64,000 nucleotides of DNA, taken from contig OZ287085.1 in NCBI GenBank assembly GCA_965645245.1, positions 186,001-250,000 of the forward strand. Reading direction: 5' to 3'. The number at the start of each line of letters is the position of its first letter. Positions within the stretch are counted from its first letter, which is position 1. Both the position numbers and the translations under genes were made by a program. The DNA comes from Massalongia carnosa (Eukaryota). Below are positions 47,401 to 59,055 of the stretch, piece by piece. The notes under the pieces are model-generated. The model was given only the letters and a program-made list of their open reading frames with translations. It ran no database searches and was not told the DNA's origin.

Positions 47401-49150
47401 GGGTCCTGATCACACATCAACGCTCGACACAGTCAACAATCTAGGAAGTCTGTATAAAGTTCAAGGCAAGATGATCGAGGCCGAAGAGATGCATCTGCGA
47501 GCATTGATAGGATACGAAAAGGCCTGGGGTCCTGAGCACACATCAACGCTCATCACAGTCAACAATCTAGGGCTTCTGTATAAAGATCAAGGCAAGATGA
47601 ACGAGGCCGAAGAGATGTATCTGCGGGCATTGACAGGAAATGAAAAGGCCTGGGGTCCTGATCACACATCAACGCTCAACATAGTCAATAATCTAGGGCT
47701 TTTGTATGCAGATCAAGGCAAGATGAACGAGGCCGAAGAGATGTATCTGCGAGCATTGACAGGATACGAAGAGGCCTGGGGTCCTGAGCACACATCAACG
47801 CTCAACACAGTCAATAATCTAGGAAATCTGTATGCAGTTCAAGGCAAGATGAACAAGGCCGAAGAGATGTATCTGCGAGCATTGACAGGATACAAAAAGG
47901 CCTGGGGTCCTGAGCACACATCAACACTCAACACAGTCAATAATCTAGGATATCTGTATAAAGTTCGAGGCAAGATGATCGAGGCGGAAGAGATGTATCT
48001 GCGGGCATTGACAGGAAAGGAAAAGGCCTGGGGTCCTGATCACACATTAACGCTCGACACAGTCAACAATCTAGGAAGTCTGTATGCAGATCAAGGCAAG
48101 ATGAACAAGGCCGAAGAGATGTATCTGCGGGCATTGACAGGAAAGGAAAAGACCTGGGGTCCTGAGCACACATCAACGCTCAACACAGTCAACAATCTAG
48201 GAAGTCTGTATGCAGATCAAGGCAAGATGAACAAGGCCGAAGAGATGTATCTGCGGGCATTGACAGGATACGAAAAGGCCTGGGGTCCTGATCACACATC
48301 AACGTTCGACACAGTCAACAATCTAGGAAGTCTGTATAAAGATCAAGGCAAGATGAACGAGGCCGAAGAGATGTTTCTGCGAGCATTGACAGGATACGAA
48401 AAGGCCTGGGGTCCTGAGCACACATCAACGCTCATCACAGTCAACAATCTAGGGCTTTTGTATGCAGATCAAGGCAAGATGAACGAGGCCGAAGAGATGT
48501 ATCTGCGAGCATTGACAGGAAATGAAAAGGCCTGGGGTCCTGATCACACATCAACGCTCGACACAGTCAATAATCTAGGAAGTCTGTATGCAGTTCAAGG
48601 CAAGATGAACAAGGCCGAAGAGATGTATCTGCGAGCATTGACAGGATACGAAAAGGCCTGGGGTCCTGATCACACATCAACGCTCAACACAGTTAACAAT
48701 CTAGGAAATCTGTATAATGTTCAAGGAAAGATGAACAAGGCCGAAGAAATGTATCTGCGGGCATTGACAGGAAAGGAAAAGGCCTGGGGTCCTGATCACA
48801 CATCAACACTCGACACAGTCAACAATCTAGGAAGTCTGTTTAAAGTTCAAGGCAAGATGATCGAGGCCGAAGAGATGTATCTGCGGGCATTGACAGGATA
48901 CGAAAAGGCCTGGGGTCCTGAGCACACATCAACGCTCAAGACAGTCAACAATCTAGGAAGTCTGTTTAAAGTTCAAGGCAAGATGATCGAGGCCGAAGAG
49001 ATGTATCTGCGGGCATTGACAGGATACGAAAAGGCCTGGGGTCCTGAGCACACATCAACGCTCAACACAGTCAACAATCTAGGGCTTCTGTATAAAGATC
49101 AAGGCAAGATGAACGAGGCCGAAGAGATGTATCTGCGAGCAGTTATCTAA
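44450..49150 (+). CDS. Fungal NLR: SesB-like alpha/beta hydrolase + NB-ARC + TPR array (7 exons, ~1455 aa)
   Basis: Predicted exons 44450-44535, 44588-44918, 44974-45033, 45086-45367, 45422-45596, 45660-46319 and 46377-49150 (all GT-AG, frame preserved). Motifs: VIAVQGLG, GHSLGG, FLGTPHQGS, DHSGLNKF; Walker A HGLGGIGKT; Walker B LLIFDNVD; GLPLAI; MHPVLH. Confidence 0.9.
47050..49141 (+). repeat. Array of 126-bp (42-aa) TPR repeats: 16 complete + 1 partial, highly homogenised
   Basis: CAAGGCAAGATG (QGKM) or a close variant recurs every 126 bp from 47084 to 49100. Confidence 0.97.
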
Positions 49151-49546
49151 GACATATGATAAAACAGTTTCTATGTAAATGTTGAAGATAATGCTGATTA
49201 AAACACAATAAAGCCTGTAACTTCAAGATTTGACTAAGAATTTATACAGTTGTGATTGATTGAAGTTCTTTTCTCTGTAAAACATCGGTCGCATGCAGTC
49301 TCTCACTGAAATCTTCACTCGTTATTCACTTGAAACTGAACTTGCAAATCTTCTCTATTTATCTACGTATAAGGTTTTGATTTGTCAAGATCACGGTTAT
49401 GCTCTCAGTCAAGGTCGACTTATAATATATCTGCGAGAAGAACATGCAATTAAAGGACCTGAACTGCGTGCAGCGTTGGAAGAACTGCAATCGAAAGAAC
49501 TGGAATTGTTACCGTCTGCTGCAGTTTCCGTTCCATCTTCAGATTA

Positions 49547-51885
49547 ACGTAACTCACTGGGCAACGGGACAAACTGGGCAACGGGACTAAGTAATTCCGA
49601 AATCATCACTTTTTGACCACTCTAGATGATGAAGCCTTCATTACATATATTTTACATACAAATTCAGCTTCAGACATCACAGTAGATTATATTCATCATT
49701 TTGAAACTTTATAATCATGGGTGTAGGTAAAAAACCACCTCCCACAAGACCTCCATTCCTTCATGTTTTCACCCCACCTCCACCTATCAACAACGATTAC
49801 AGTCAGCCATTTTGGCCTGGAAACAGGCCGATAGAGCTCTTTCCATTACGAAGGCAGCTTTTCTATATGATGTTTCAAAGTCTACCCTTCATGCCCGCAT
49901 TCAGGGTCGTCAATCACGATTTACGTCTGATCAAACTAAACAACTGCTGACCCCCGAGGAGGAAGACGCTTTGAAGAACTGGGTTTTACAACTGTACGCC
50001 TGGGGCTGGCCTGCTAAAATAGCTCAGCTACGTCAGATGGCCATAGAATTACTACGAGCAAGGGGGAATCATACTGTGCTAGGAGTCAGTTGGCAACAGT
50101 ATTTTTTACATCGTCATCCCGACCTGCAGGCTAAATACAGTCGCACACTAGATCAAGAACGATTATTCGCTGAGAATGAAGAGATATTTCAGCACTGGTT
50201 TGACCTTTTCCTCTCCATGAAAGAAAAGCACGGAATTCTTGATGAAGACATCTACAACATGGACGAAAAGGGATTCATGATGGGGGTAGCTGCTAATGCT
50301 AAAGTAGTAATTTCTAAGCACGAAAAGCAAGTCTTTTCAGCACAGTCAGGTAATCGAGAATGGGTGTCATTGATCGAGTCCATTTGTACTACCGGTCGAA
50401 GTTTACCTCTTTTCGTCATCTTCAAAGGAGTCAACAAGCAAAAGGCCTGGTACGATGCACTGGAGGACATTGACACTGAAATAGCTACCAGCGAAAACGG
50501 ATGGACAGACAATGAACTAGGTCTTGATTGGTTGAAAAAGTGTTTTGAACCTGCTACTGCAAAATATCTACACGGTGAATATCGACTTCTTATAGTAGAT
50601 GGTCATGCTTCCCATATTTCTACCGAATTCATCAAGTTTTGCAACGAAAAGAAAATCATTCTTTTGTGTCTACCTCCACATACTACCCATATGTTGCAAC
50701 CTCTGGACGTGAGTGTTTTTGGGCCCTTATCACGGGAGTACAAAAAACAATTGGAGGTCGTCACCCGATTCAACGTCTGTTCAGTGGACAAGGTGGATTT
50801 TCTGAAGATCATTCAAAAAGCAAGAAAAGAAGCAATCAACACAAAAAACGTGCTGACTGCATGGAGAGCAACCGGATTAGTACCATACAATCCGTCATCA
50901 GTTCTTCAAAAACTCACTAATAAACAATCGGTGTTGCGAAAGACTGATAGCATCATCACCACCACTACCACCACCACCACCACTACTACTACCACCACCA
51001 CGAATATCATCTCCTCTCATCCTAACACTCCGACAACCCTTCAAAACTCTCACGAAATTGAAAAGACACCTGCAAATATCGATCAAATAAATCAACTGAT
51101 TCGTCGAATTCGAAATGATGAAGAATCAGACTCGACTCCCGTTCGAGCGCTAAATAAATTGATAAAAGGCGCTAAATATGCCTTCGCAGACTCTACCTTG
51201 CTACGTATCACCAACAACGAGCTTCTTCAGGCCAATGTACGGCGCCATCATCGAGCCAATCGTAGCGGGGCTCACTATGGAGGAAAGGCTCGAGTTCTAA
51301 GCCTTGAAGACGTGCAACAAAGACAGCAATGGGCCAAAGATAAACAAAAGGTGAAAGACGAAAAAAAGAAGGCCGCTCAACTAAAACGAGCTGAGCAGGA
51401 CCTTATCAAAACTTTCAGGGAAATGTGTCGATTTGGACCTGATTTACTAGGACAAACGTCTACTGCATCTTTGACGAAAAGTCCTCAGAAAAGACCTCAG
51501 AAAGCACCTGATAGTTCACAAAGTAAGCCTATTTGTTCTTTTCAAAGACGATTACTACCTCCTCCCGTGCTTCAACCAATGACAGAAGAGGTAGAGGGGG
51601 TGGAGGAGGTGAAGGTGAGTGGGGGGGTAGAGGTGGAGGTAGAGGTGGTGGAGGAGGTGAAGAAGGTTCAAACTACCAGACGGGGTCGTATTGTACGTCA
51701 ACCACGTAAAATGTGATTAAGTTGCATGCAGACAAAATATCAATTTCACGTCTAATAGACATTGAAGCCGAGTTTGTATGTAAAACGGGTGATAGGGAGG
51801 CTGTAGAAATTAAGCGAAATTTAGTTAGTCCCGTTGCCCAGTTTGTCCCGTTGCCCAGTTTGTCCCGTTGCCCAGTGAGTTACGT
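49547..51885 (+). mobile_element. pogo/Fot1-like DNA transposon
   Basis: TIRs ACGTAACTCACTGGGCAACGGGAC... at both ends, with TA at 49545-49546 and 51886-51887. Confidence 0.95.
49812..51716 (+). CDS. pogo/Fot1 transposase (HTH-psq, CENP-B HTH, DDE_1); true start probably upstream across a frameshift (ATG 49717)
   Basis: YDVSKSTL, LTPEEEDALKNW, YNMDEKG, LIVDGHASH, PPHTTHMLQPLDV; poly-Thr tract near 50958-51002. Confidence 0.9.
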   Translation: MAWKQADRALSITKAAFLYDVSKSTLHARIQGRQSRFTSDQTKQLLTPEEEDALKNWVLQLYAWGWPAKIAQLRQMAIELLRARGNHTVLGVSWQQYFLHRHPDLQAKYSRTLDQERLFAENEEIFQHWFDLFLSMKEKHGILDEDIYNMDEKGFMMGVAANAKVVISKHEKQVFSAQSGNREWVSLIESICTTGRSLPLFVIFKGVNKQKAWYDALEDIDTEIATSENGWTDNELGLDWLKKCFEPATAKYLHGEYRLLIVDGHASHISTEFIKFCNEKKIILLCLPPHTTHMLQPLDVSVFGPLSREYKKQLEVVTRFNVCSVDKVDFLKIIQKARKEAINTKNVLTAWRATGLVPYNPSSVLQKLTNKQSVLRKTDSIITTTTTTTTTTTTTTTNIISSHPNTPTTLQNSHEIEKTPANIDQINQLIRRIRNDEESDSTPVRALNKLIKGAKYAFADSTLLRITNNELLQANVRRHHRANRSGAHYGGKARVLSLEDVQQRQQWAKDKQKVKDEKKKAAQLKRAEQDLIKTFREMCRFGPDLLGQTSTASLTKSPQKRPQKAPDSSQSKPICSFQRRLLPPPVLQPMTEEVEGVEEVKVSGGVEVEVEVVEEVKKVQTTRRGRIVRQPRKM

Positions 51886-54259
51886 TATGTTTCTATTCCA
51901 GGTCTTACTGTCATCAAGGGTTATCAATGCGCTTTGCCTGCATGCAACAATGAACCTGCATCGCTAAGTCAAAATCGGAGACAAATAGAAAAACATCAGA
52001 TTCGAGTTCATGGAGTTGGCAAGCGTCGCAAGCAGAGATCAAAATCTCAAGATATTCAGGCTGTCTGCATGCAATCTTTCTTTGCTAAGAATCACTATCG
52101 TCCCTTTATTGTACAAGAATCGATTTCTTTTCCCGAGTCACAGACTGCGTTCAGTCAAGTTTCCGATTCACAGAATCAAGCTCGAGAGTTGTTAACAGCA
52201 GCCTACAATCAGAGCCAAGAATTGAACAAGATACATCTTGACAAAAGTCCTGAACACCGCATGCAACATAAATCTGACACTCCGCCTTGATTGATACACA
52301 CAGGAATTGCGAAATATCTGCAGGGACTTCCTACAAAGTACGTTTCTAAAACAATCATGCCAGAATCAAAAAGCAAGTTTGAAAACTTAGAGACTGCATG
52401 TTGTTACTATCTCAAGTTTGAAAGTCGAAACTGATGAATTATCAGTTCTGTTGAAATGGTCTGCTTTGAATTATGTTGAGCAAGCTGTGCATAGATTACT
52501 GCATGCAACGAGACGTCGAGTTCAGTCAGGCAATAACGAAGAAACTGCATTGAGTCGAGTGGCTGCACGCAGGTTAAATTCTTTTGAGCCTGATCGAATG
52601 CAAACAAACCCTTTTTGAGCAGTTCAAGAGGATAGAACTCTTACTAAATACGCGGCTTATTGGAGTCGATTTCTCTTTTTCTTGTGTCGACATCTGTCAT
52701 CAGAACAACAGGGTTTCTTGCGTGCAAGAGAACGACTATTAGATTTAACGGGAATAGATTTCATTAAACTTGAATCACTGCATGCAGCGGCTCAGCAGTT
52801 CTTCAGACTGAGTCAACATCATCTCTCGTTGAACAGGCACCGACTTTGCATGCAGACAAGTTAATCGAAGAAGTCAAAGAAGTTTCTATAATGACAGTGC
52901 GTTATTTACACTCTGGAAATGCTTTTCAATGTGCAGTTGTCAGAGACTGCGCTTTTCAAGCTTTGCGTTCTGACGGCAGCTGGACTCCTGCTCAATTATA
53001 TTCTCCGTTTCTGAGTGGCATGATTCATTGCATGCAGTTATGGTTGATTCTATATTGTTTTGAATCAACTGAGAAACTCGACAGTGATTCAGGACATTTA
53101 GAAGATCTCGTTCATGTTGAATGTAATCAACATCTTGTAAACACTACTCGTAGTTCTATTGCGGAACTGAGTTATTGGCGTCTGATGAGCAGGACTGCTA
53201 GCAATGACACAGTTACACATTCAGTCACTTATCTCAACGAAGAACAAACGATTGTCAATCATTTACATCTTGAAATGAATATTCATGAGTGACGAGTTAT
53301 GTTGCAAGAACTGTTAACTCAAGAACTGCTTCTGAGACTGTCTGCAGTGCCTATGTTCTTATTAAGTCAATTGCATGACAACGTCAGCGATTCTCGTCTC
53401 GAGCATTGCTTTTTGTGTCACGGTGCGAGGTCGGATAGGAATTCAGGTGGTGCAAACGTGTTACTTGATTGTCTAGCTAGGTGGACAAGACGTTCGACAA
53501 GGAGAAAAGAAACAGAAAATCAAACGTGGGCGAGTATAAGACTCTGGCGAACGGAACTAGTCCCAATCCAGCTGTTGATCCAATTTCCCTCAAGTCCCTG
53601 GAATGACACAATCGCCATGACACTATTGACAGCCGGAACACTTACCTTTGCCCTAGCTGAACCGGATTAAGCTTAGTTCCTTTCGGATCTGCTAGCCGGC
53701 TAGTGCCTCGTTCCTTGTTCAAGCATACTGTTAAAACGGGCTAGATGCCGAAACCAGCTGACTAAGCAGTCTACGTCTATCTTGATATGAAAGGCCCGCA
53801 CCGGTAGCGAGAGGCCTGACCGGTGGCAAATATGGAATCAGAAATCGCGCCGGGAACAATGATCGGGGAAGGGGAATGGAAGCTTCTGGAATGGCTGGTG
53901 GACGGGCATAAATATGAGCAGTTTTTTCCCACATAGTAGTAGATAGTCAATCGTTTCCCCCAGTCTATTTTGCACGTGCAAAGCTCGTTTGACGGACCAA
54001 GCTATATCAATTACCCCTGCTGCGCCTGTAGTTTCAACACTTCCAAACATGTAAAATCCATGAACCAGTCACATCTCCGTCCCTTGAGACATCAATAACT
54101 TGATGGATCTAATCCCGCGCAATCCGACGCCGGATAAATATTTATTACTTAGCGAAACCTAAGTTACAAGATTTTGGTTATTTATCGACATGCCTCTTTT
54201 CAGTCATGCTTACTACACGCTATTCGGCATATGCAAAGAGCCCTCTGTCACTGTCTTCC

Positions 54260-56242
54260 ATGCATAGGAGTGTCTCTATATACTCTAATATCGCAAAGTC
54301 GATGTGGAGGTGGACACAGAGAGCATCTCATCAGTCGGGATTTGATGAGAATCATAGTCAGAATCTTGACGTCTCACCTCACTTTTCCGGAAGCTCACAT
54401 GTTTTAGGCTGGCAAGGAAATGATGCTTTTTTCCGTTTCACGCGAGGTCGCTTTGTTAGCAATGAAGAGTTCGAGATGTCACAAAGATGCGTACATTTCA
54501 ATATGGACAAGCTGGCTCAGATTGCCGCATCGACTATCGGCTCAAGATGTTGCGTTGCCATCGAAAAGTATCCTGACGGGCAATACGCTAAAGCTTTTCT
54601 CATGACAATGGAGGACGGCAAGCAGGTGGTTGTCAAAGTGCCCAATCCAAACGCTGGCCCAGGTCAACTTGTAACGCAAGCGAAGTAGCAACTATGGAAT
54701 TTGTGATTCTGATGACCCTATTTGGATTAAAGGTGCTGATATTCTACAGGCCCGTGACGTCCTCGAGACTCCAGTCCCCAAGGTTTACGCCTAGAGTTCG
54801 AAAGCCCAGGGCAACGCTGTGGGGGCCGAGTACATCATAATGCAAAAGGCACCCGGCGTTCAACTTGAACACGTTTGGATCGAGATGAAATTGGACGACC
54901 GCTTGGAGGTCGTCAAACAAGTTCTCCGCTTCCAAAAAAAATGGACGTCAACCTTGTTCAAGCAATTTGGGAGTCTCTACTTTGCCCACGATGTAAGAAA
55001 GCAGGACTCGGACGATCCACTCTACTTGAATGGAAATGGCACGGCCGTATTTAACCAAAGATTTGCGGTGGGCCCCTCCATAGGACGAGAGTACTATGAT
55101 GCCGGCAGAGCGTCGATTCAGTTTGATAGAGGCCCATGTATGTGAACCTAGGACCAAATGTGGCCTATTCGGCGGCTAACACTCGGCTTCTAGGGGACTC
55201 GGTGGAGGACTACGTAGCAGCTATTGGCCATCGGGAGATTTCATGTGTGAACGAAATGTTTCGACTACCGAAGTCACCCATCACGCTCCGTGGACCGGGC
55301 ACGTACACGACGAGCAAAGAGAAGAAGCTGAAAGCCTTGCAATCGTATCTCACCATTGCTAAGTACTTGTTGCCGACTGATCGGTCAATGACATCGTCAT
55401 GCCTTTGGTACCCGGATCTTCATCAAGAAAACATATTTGTCAACCCGGAAAATCCCCGCGAAATCGTTGCAATCATAGATTGGCAGTCAACTGAGCTAGC
55501 GCCTTTGTTCAACCAGGTTCGCCAGCCGTATTTCCTAGACTACGAGGGACCGCCTACGCAGGGGTTGAAGAGACCAGAGCTCCCGGAGAATTACGATCAA
55601 CTCGATGACGCCTCGCAAAAGAAAGCCATGTCCTTGTACCTGAGCCAAATGCTCTCGACCATGTATAGAACGCTTCAGCACATTGAGGCACCCCTTCTCT
55701 ACCGCACTTGGGAATATCAACAAACCGCCAGCTTCGAGCTTCTTCTTGTTGCGCAAAGGCTGCTGATCGATGGCGAGGCACAATACCTCGCCTCCATCCT
55801 CGAGCTCGAGAACGCTTGGTTGGATCTTCCGGGGGTTGTGGCCCAGGGTTCTCCGCCCTATCCGTTCCGTTTCTCTTCGGCGGAGAGAACCGAGATAGAG
55901 GCTGATGCCAGGGGGGCGGCTGAAGGCATGAACCTTATGCGAAGCGTCAGAGACAGTATTGGCAGGGATCTGTTTCCAGAAAGAGGTGTCGTGCGGGCGG
56001 ATCAGTACGATGAGGCCAAAAATGCCTTGCAATAAATGAAGGATCAGATCCTTGAGCTGTGCGCTCACAATGAGCACGAGTGTTGGAATACTCGCTTAGC
56101 CCCATTAGTTCTAGCTCAGCCCTGCAGGCTGCCATGACTGCTATAAGCAGTCACCTCCGTAGTAATTTCAACATTATGCCGTCAACTGTTTATTTAACAA
56201 CGAGCGGAAGTTGTGGGAGGAGAAGTGGCCGTTTGACGATTG
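54260..56242 (+). pseudogene. Phosphotransferase (APH-family, AIM9-like) pseudogene
   Basis: FFRFTRGRF, VVKVPNPNAG, GAEYIIMQKAPGVQL, LWYPDLHQENIFV, IIDWQS, WPFDD end. In-frame stops near 54685, 54792 and 56033, plus a solo-LTR insertion. Confidence 0.8.
56081..56199 (+). repeat. Solo LTR of the TRIM family (119 bp)
   Basis: TGTTGGAATACTCG...TTTAACA with TSD ACGAG (56076-56080, 56200-56204). Confidence 0.95.
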
Positions 56243-56429
56243 AAACCAGCTGAAAAAGCAGTTTACACCTGCACCGGTGGCAAAAATTGTACTTATAGAA
56301 TCAGAAAATTGCAATCGGGATCAATGACCGAAGAAATGAAAATGAAGACTTCCGGAATAGCTGGTAGATCGGGGGGCATAGATAAATACGACCAGTATTT
56401 ACCCTACATTACATTACATAGTTATTAGA

Positions 56430-57260
56430 TAACTAGAATCGACCGTTTTACTCCCCAGCCAGCCAGCCAGCCAATCAGTCAATCTACTTATTTTAACATG
56501 CATTGTGCAAAAAAAAACTCGTTTTAAGACGAACTAACTAACTAACTAACTAACATAGTTAGTTTAATATCAAATTAGTACCTTACCCACAGTCTAGTTA
56601 GTTAGTTTATCATTCCCGCTTGCTTGCTTGCTTGCTTGACTTGCTTGCTTGCTTGCTTGCTTGCTTGGCTGGCTTGGCTGTCCTCCAACCAACCAACAAT
56701 TTTCAATTATTTAATACAAGGCATCTCATCTATCTATCTGTCAGTTTCCCACAAAAGTTGCTTATTAGATAGGTAGGCAGGCAGGCAGGCTAGTTAGTTT
56801 AACCCTATAGGATTTTTGGTTGATAAGACAACGGACAGGTATTGGGGGGGGGAAGGGGGATTACTATAGTAAGTATATCTATATAATCTTTGTTTAAGAC
56901 TACTACTTTCTCTTCTTCTTATAACGTGTATATGTATACTGTCTAACTAACTAATTATCTATATGTGTACTATACTGTACTGACTGACTGACTAATTATT
57001 ATATAAAAAAAGCATGTAAAGTAAATAAAATAACTAGTGAGTCTCGCATAGATAGATAGATTTAAATTAAAATCATTTATTTATGGATTAATTGTGATTG
57101 ATATTGAAGATAAGAGCATGACTAGAATTAGCAAATAGACGCGGGGAGAAAGTAAGTTATGACAGAGAAGAAGAGGCAAAGCTACATGCAGATAGACATT
57201 TTGCTTTGCTTTGCTTTTTTGCTTTTCGTTTTCGTTTTTTTTTTTTGGAAATGTCGATTC
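56430..57260. repeat. AT-rich patchwork of tetranucleotide microsatellites
   Basis: (CAGC)n, (TAAC)n, (GCTT)n, (GGCA)n, (GACT)n and (GATA)n runs. Confidence 0.85.
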
Positions 57261-59055
57261 TTCTTTAAAGCAAGCATTCAGCAAGATCGTGATAAAGCAT
57301 TTGATTTGTATTTTTCGAGACTTTTGTCGACTTAGATATAGAATAGAAGAGGATATGATGATAATGATTCATTCTCCAATGCGGCACGGTCCGAAGGACG
57401 GCCCATGCGGGCACATCTATGGGGCTATATACAGGGATGAAAAAACTTTACGAGGTGACAAAAACCCTGTGTTTCAACACTCCACCACCGACCCCTAGGG
57501 GTCGGGGCGGATTCGTACGTCTATGCGGACTGCGTGACTAGAAAGAAAAGGAAATGGCACGATGAATCGCGCACTGTGGTCAGGGTAGGGACTTTTTTGA
57601 GCTTTGGTGGTTTTGATCTCATCGTTATCCAGCGGGGACTCAGCGGAGGACCCCCGTATCCCCTCCGAGTCGGGTCATCCAGTAGATTAGAAATCAAATC
57701 CAGATGTATTCCTGCTCCCACTTTTGATTGTTTTGTCTTTCTATCGCCCTCGACACGTCTATCGCTGCTCGTACGTGTCGATGTCGTCACCTCTATTCCT
57801 CCAAGTCGACCGAATGTGCATACGCCATCATTGTAAGCCATGGGTCAGATGACCTCGTTGCGTCCCCCTCGAAAATCATGGGTTAGAGGACTTTCCGGGC
57901 ATAAATAGGTAGAGAAGTGCACCTTCCACCAAGCCTCAACACCGTGTCGTGGTCTGACCGTTCAAAAGAACTAGGGCACCAAGATTGTAGAGTAGCAAGG
58001 ACTATTCCTAAAGTCATATACGTACACCGGCCGCGATGGGGACGTCGGAGACATAGTCGTCACAAACGTGCCCCAACGGGAGTCTTTTATACCTTCATTA
58101 TTCCTTTCCAGACTGTACCGACTCGCCCGCCTTCCCATGTACTCCCTCCGAGGATCCCCCGAGGCTGTGCCGACTCGTCCGCCTTCCCAAGCTCTTACTC
58201 CGATGAGAGCGATATTTTCGTGCTCTTTGGTGTGACCGAAAACTCTGTTTTCCACCCGGTAAACCGCTTCGTAGTCGAATCGTAAACATGTCGGCCCCCG
58301 TACGGGTACGAGGAACGTCGGGCGTCACCCCTTTCGCGTTTGTGGCAGTTCGACTCTTCCTTGGCCCCCAGATTAGGAGCTATTCCTGTGACTGTTCCTT
58401 CAGGAAGCACCTCGAGAACTATGGCGTTTGTGGTTCGTTCTTTCGATGCTCGACTTTCATCGCGGTGTGTGTGCCTTGTGAAGTCGGCCCACCCTCCGAA
58501 TCACCCCCGGCACCTACCCCCGTCACCGAAGGGGGGAGAGACACTTGGCTCTTCTGACAAGCAGAAGGTTCGTAGCCGGCACCGCGTACAGGTGGTCCCC
58601 GTTGCCAGCCATAGAAGAGGATATGACTTATCGCTGAGACGTGAATATTTCTCTACATGATGACTACAGGCATTGATAGGGCGAGGGGTGGAGAGGTCTA
58701 AGACGAGAGACAGTTGGCATTAACAGGTTTTGAGCAAGGGGATCGGATTAGGCAGGCTAGGCAGGCTAGGCGTCGGTCACCCTTCAGCAAACAATAGAAT
58801 AACGATAACAAGATGATAATTAGATGAAACGTCGTACATCAGTAGTGATAGGCAGATAAGAGATCTTTTGATGCTGAATCCTGAATCAATGTAGAGACGA
58901 TAGAGGGAAAATAATACCAAAATGCCCTCTTATATAGTACTTCTCTTCTTATATCCCGATTTCATCTTTCACCCAGGCTGAATTGCATTGATGAATGCGT
59001 ACCCATGACAAGAAATGAGTCTAAACAAAACGCCTAAGCACCGCTGCTGTCTCGA

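Larger units (their letters stand above)
49293..53414 (+). pseudogene. Second DUF3505-type relic with many stops, interrupted by pogo transposon
   Basis: KVLICQDHGYAL...EEH; IPGLTVIKGYQC..C...EKHQIRVH; CMQSFF; PP*LIHTG; TLTKYAAYWSRFLFFLCR; YSPFLSGMIHCMQL. Confidence 0.65.

Noticed and set aside
47050..49141. CRISPR-like or diversity-generating retroelement reading of the 126-bp array
   Set aside because: The units are in-frame TPR coding repeats without unique spacers. Variation is not adenine-specific, and the nearby RTs belong to LTR/YR elements.
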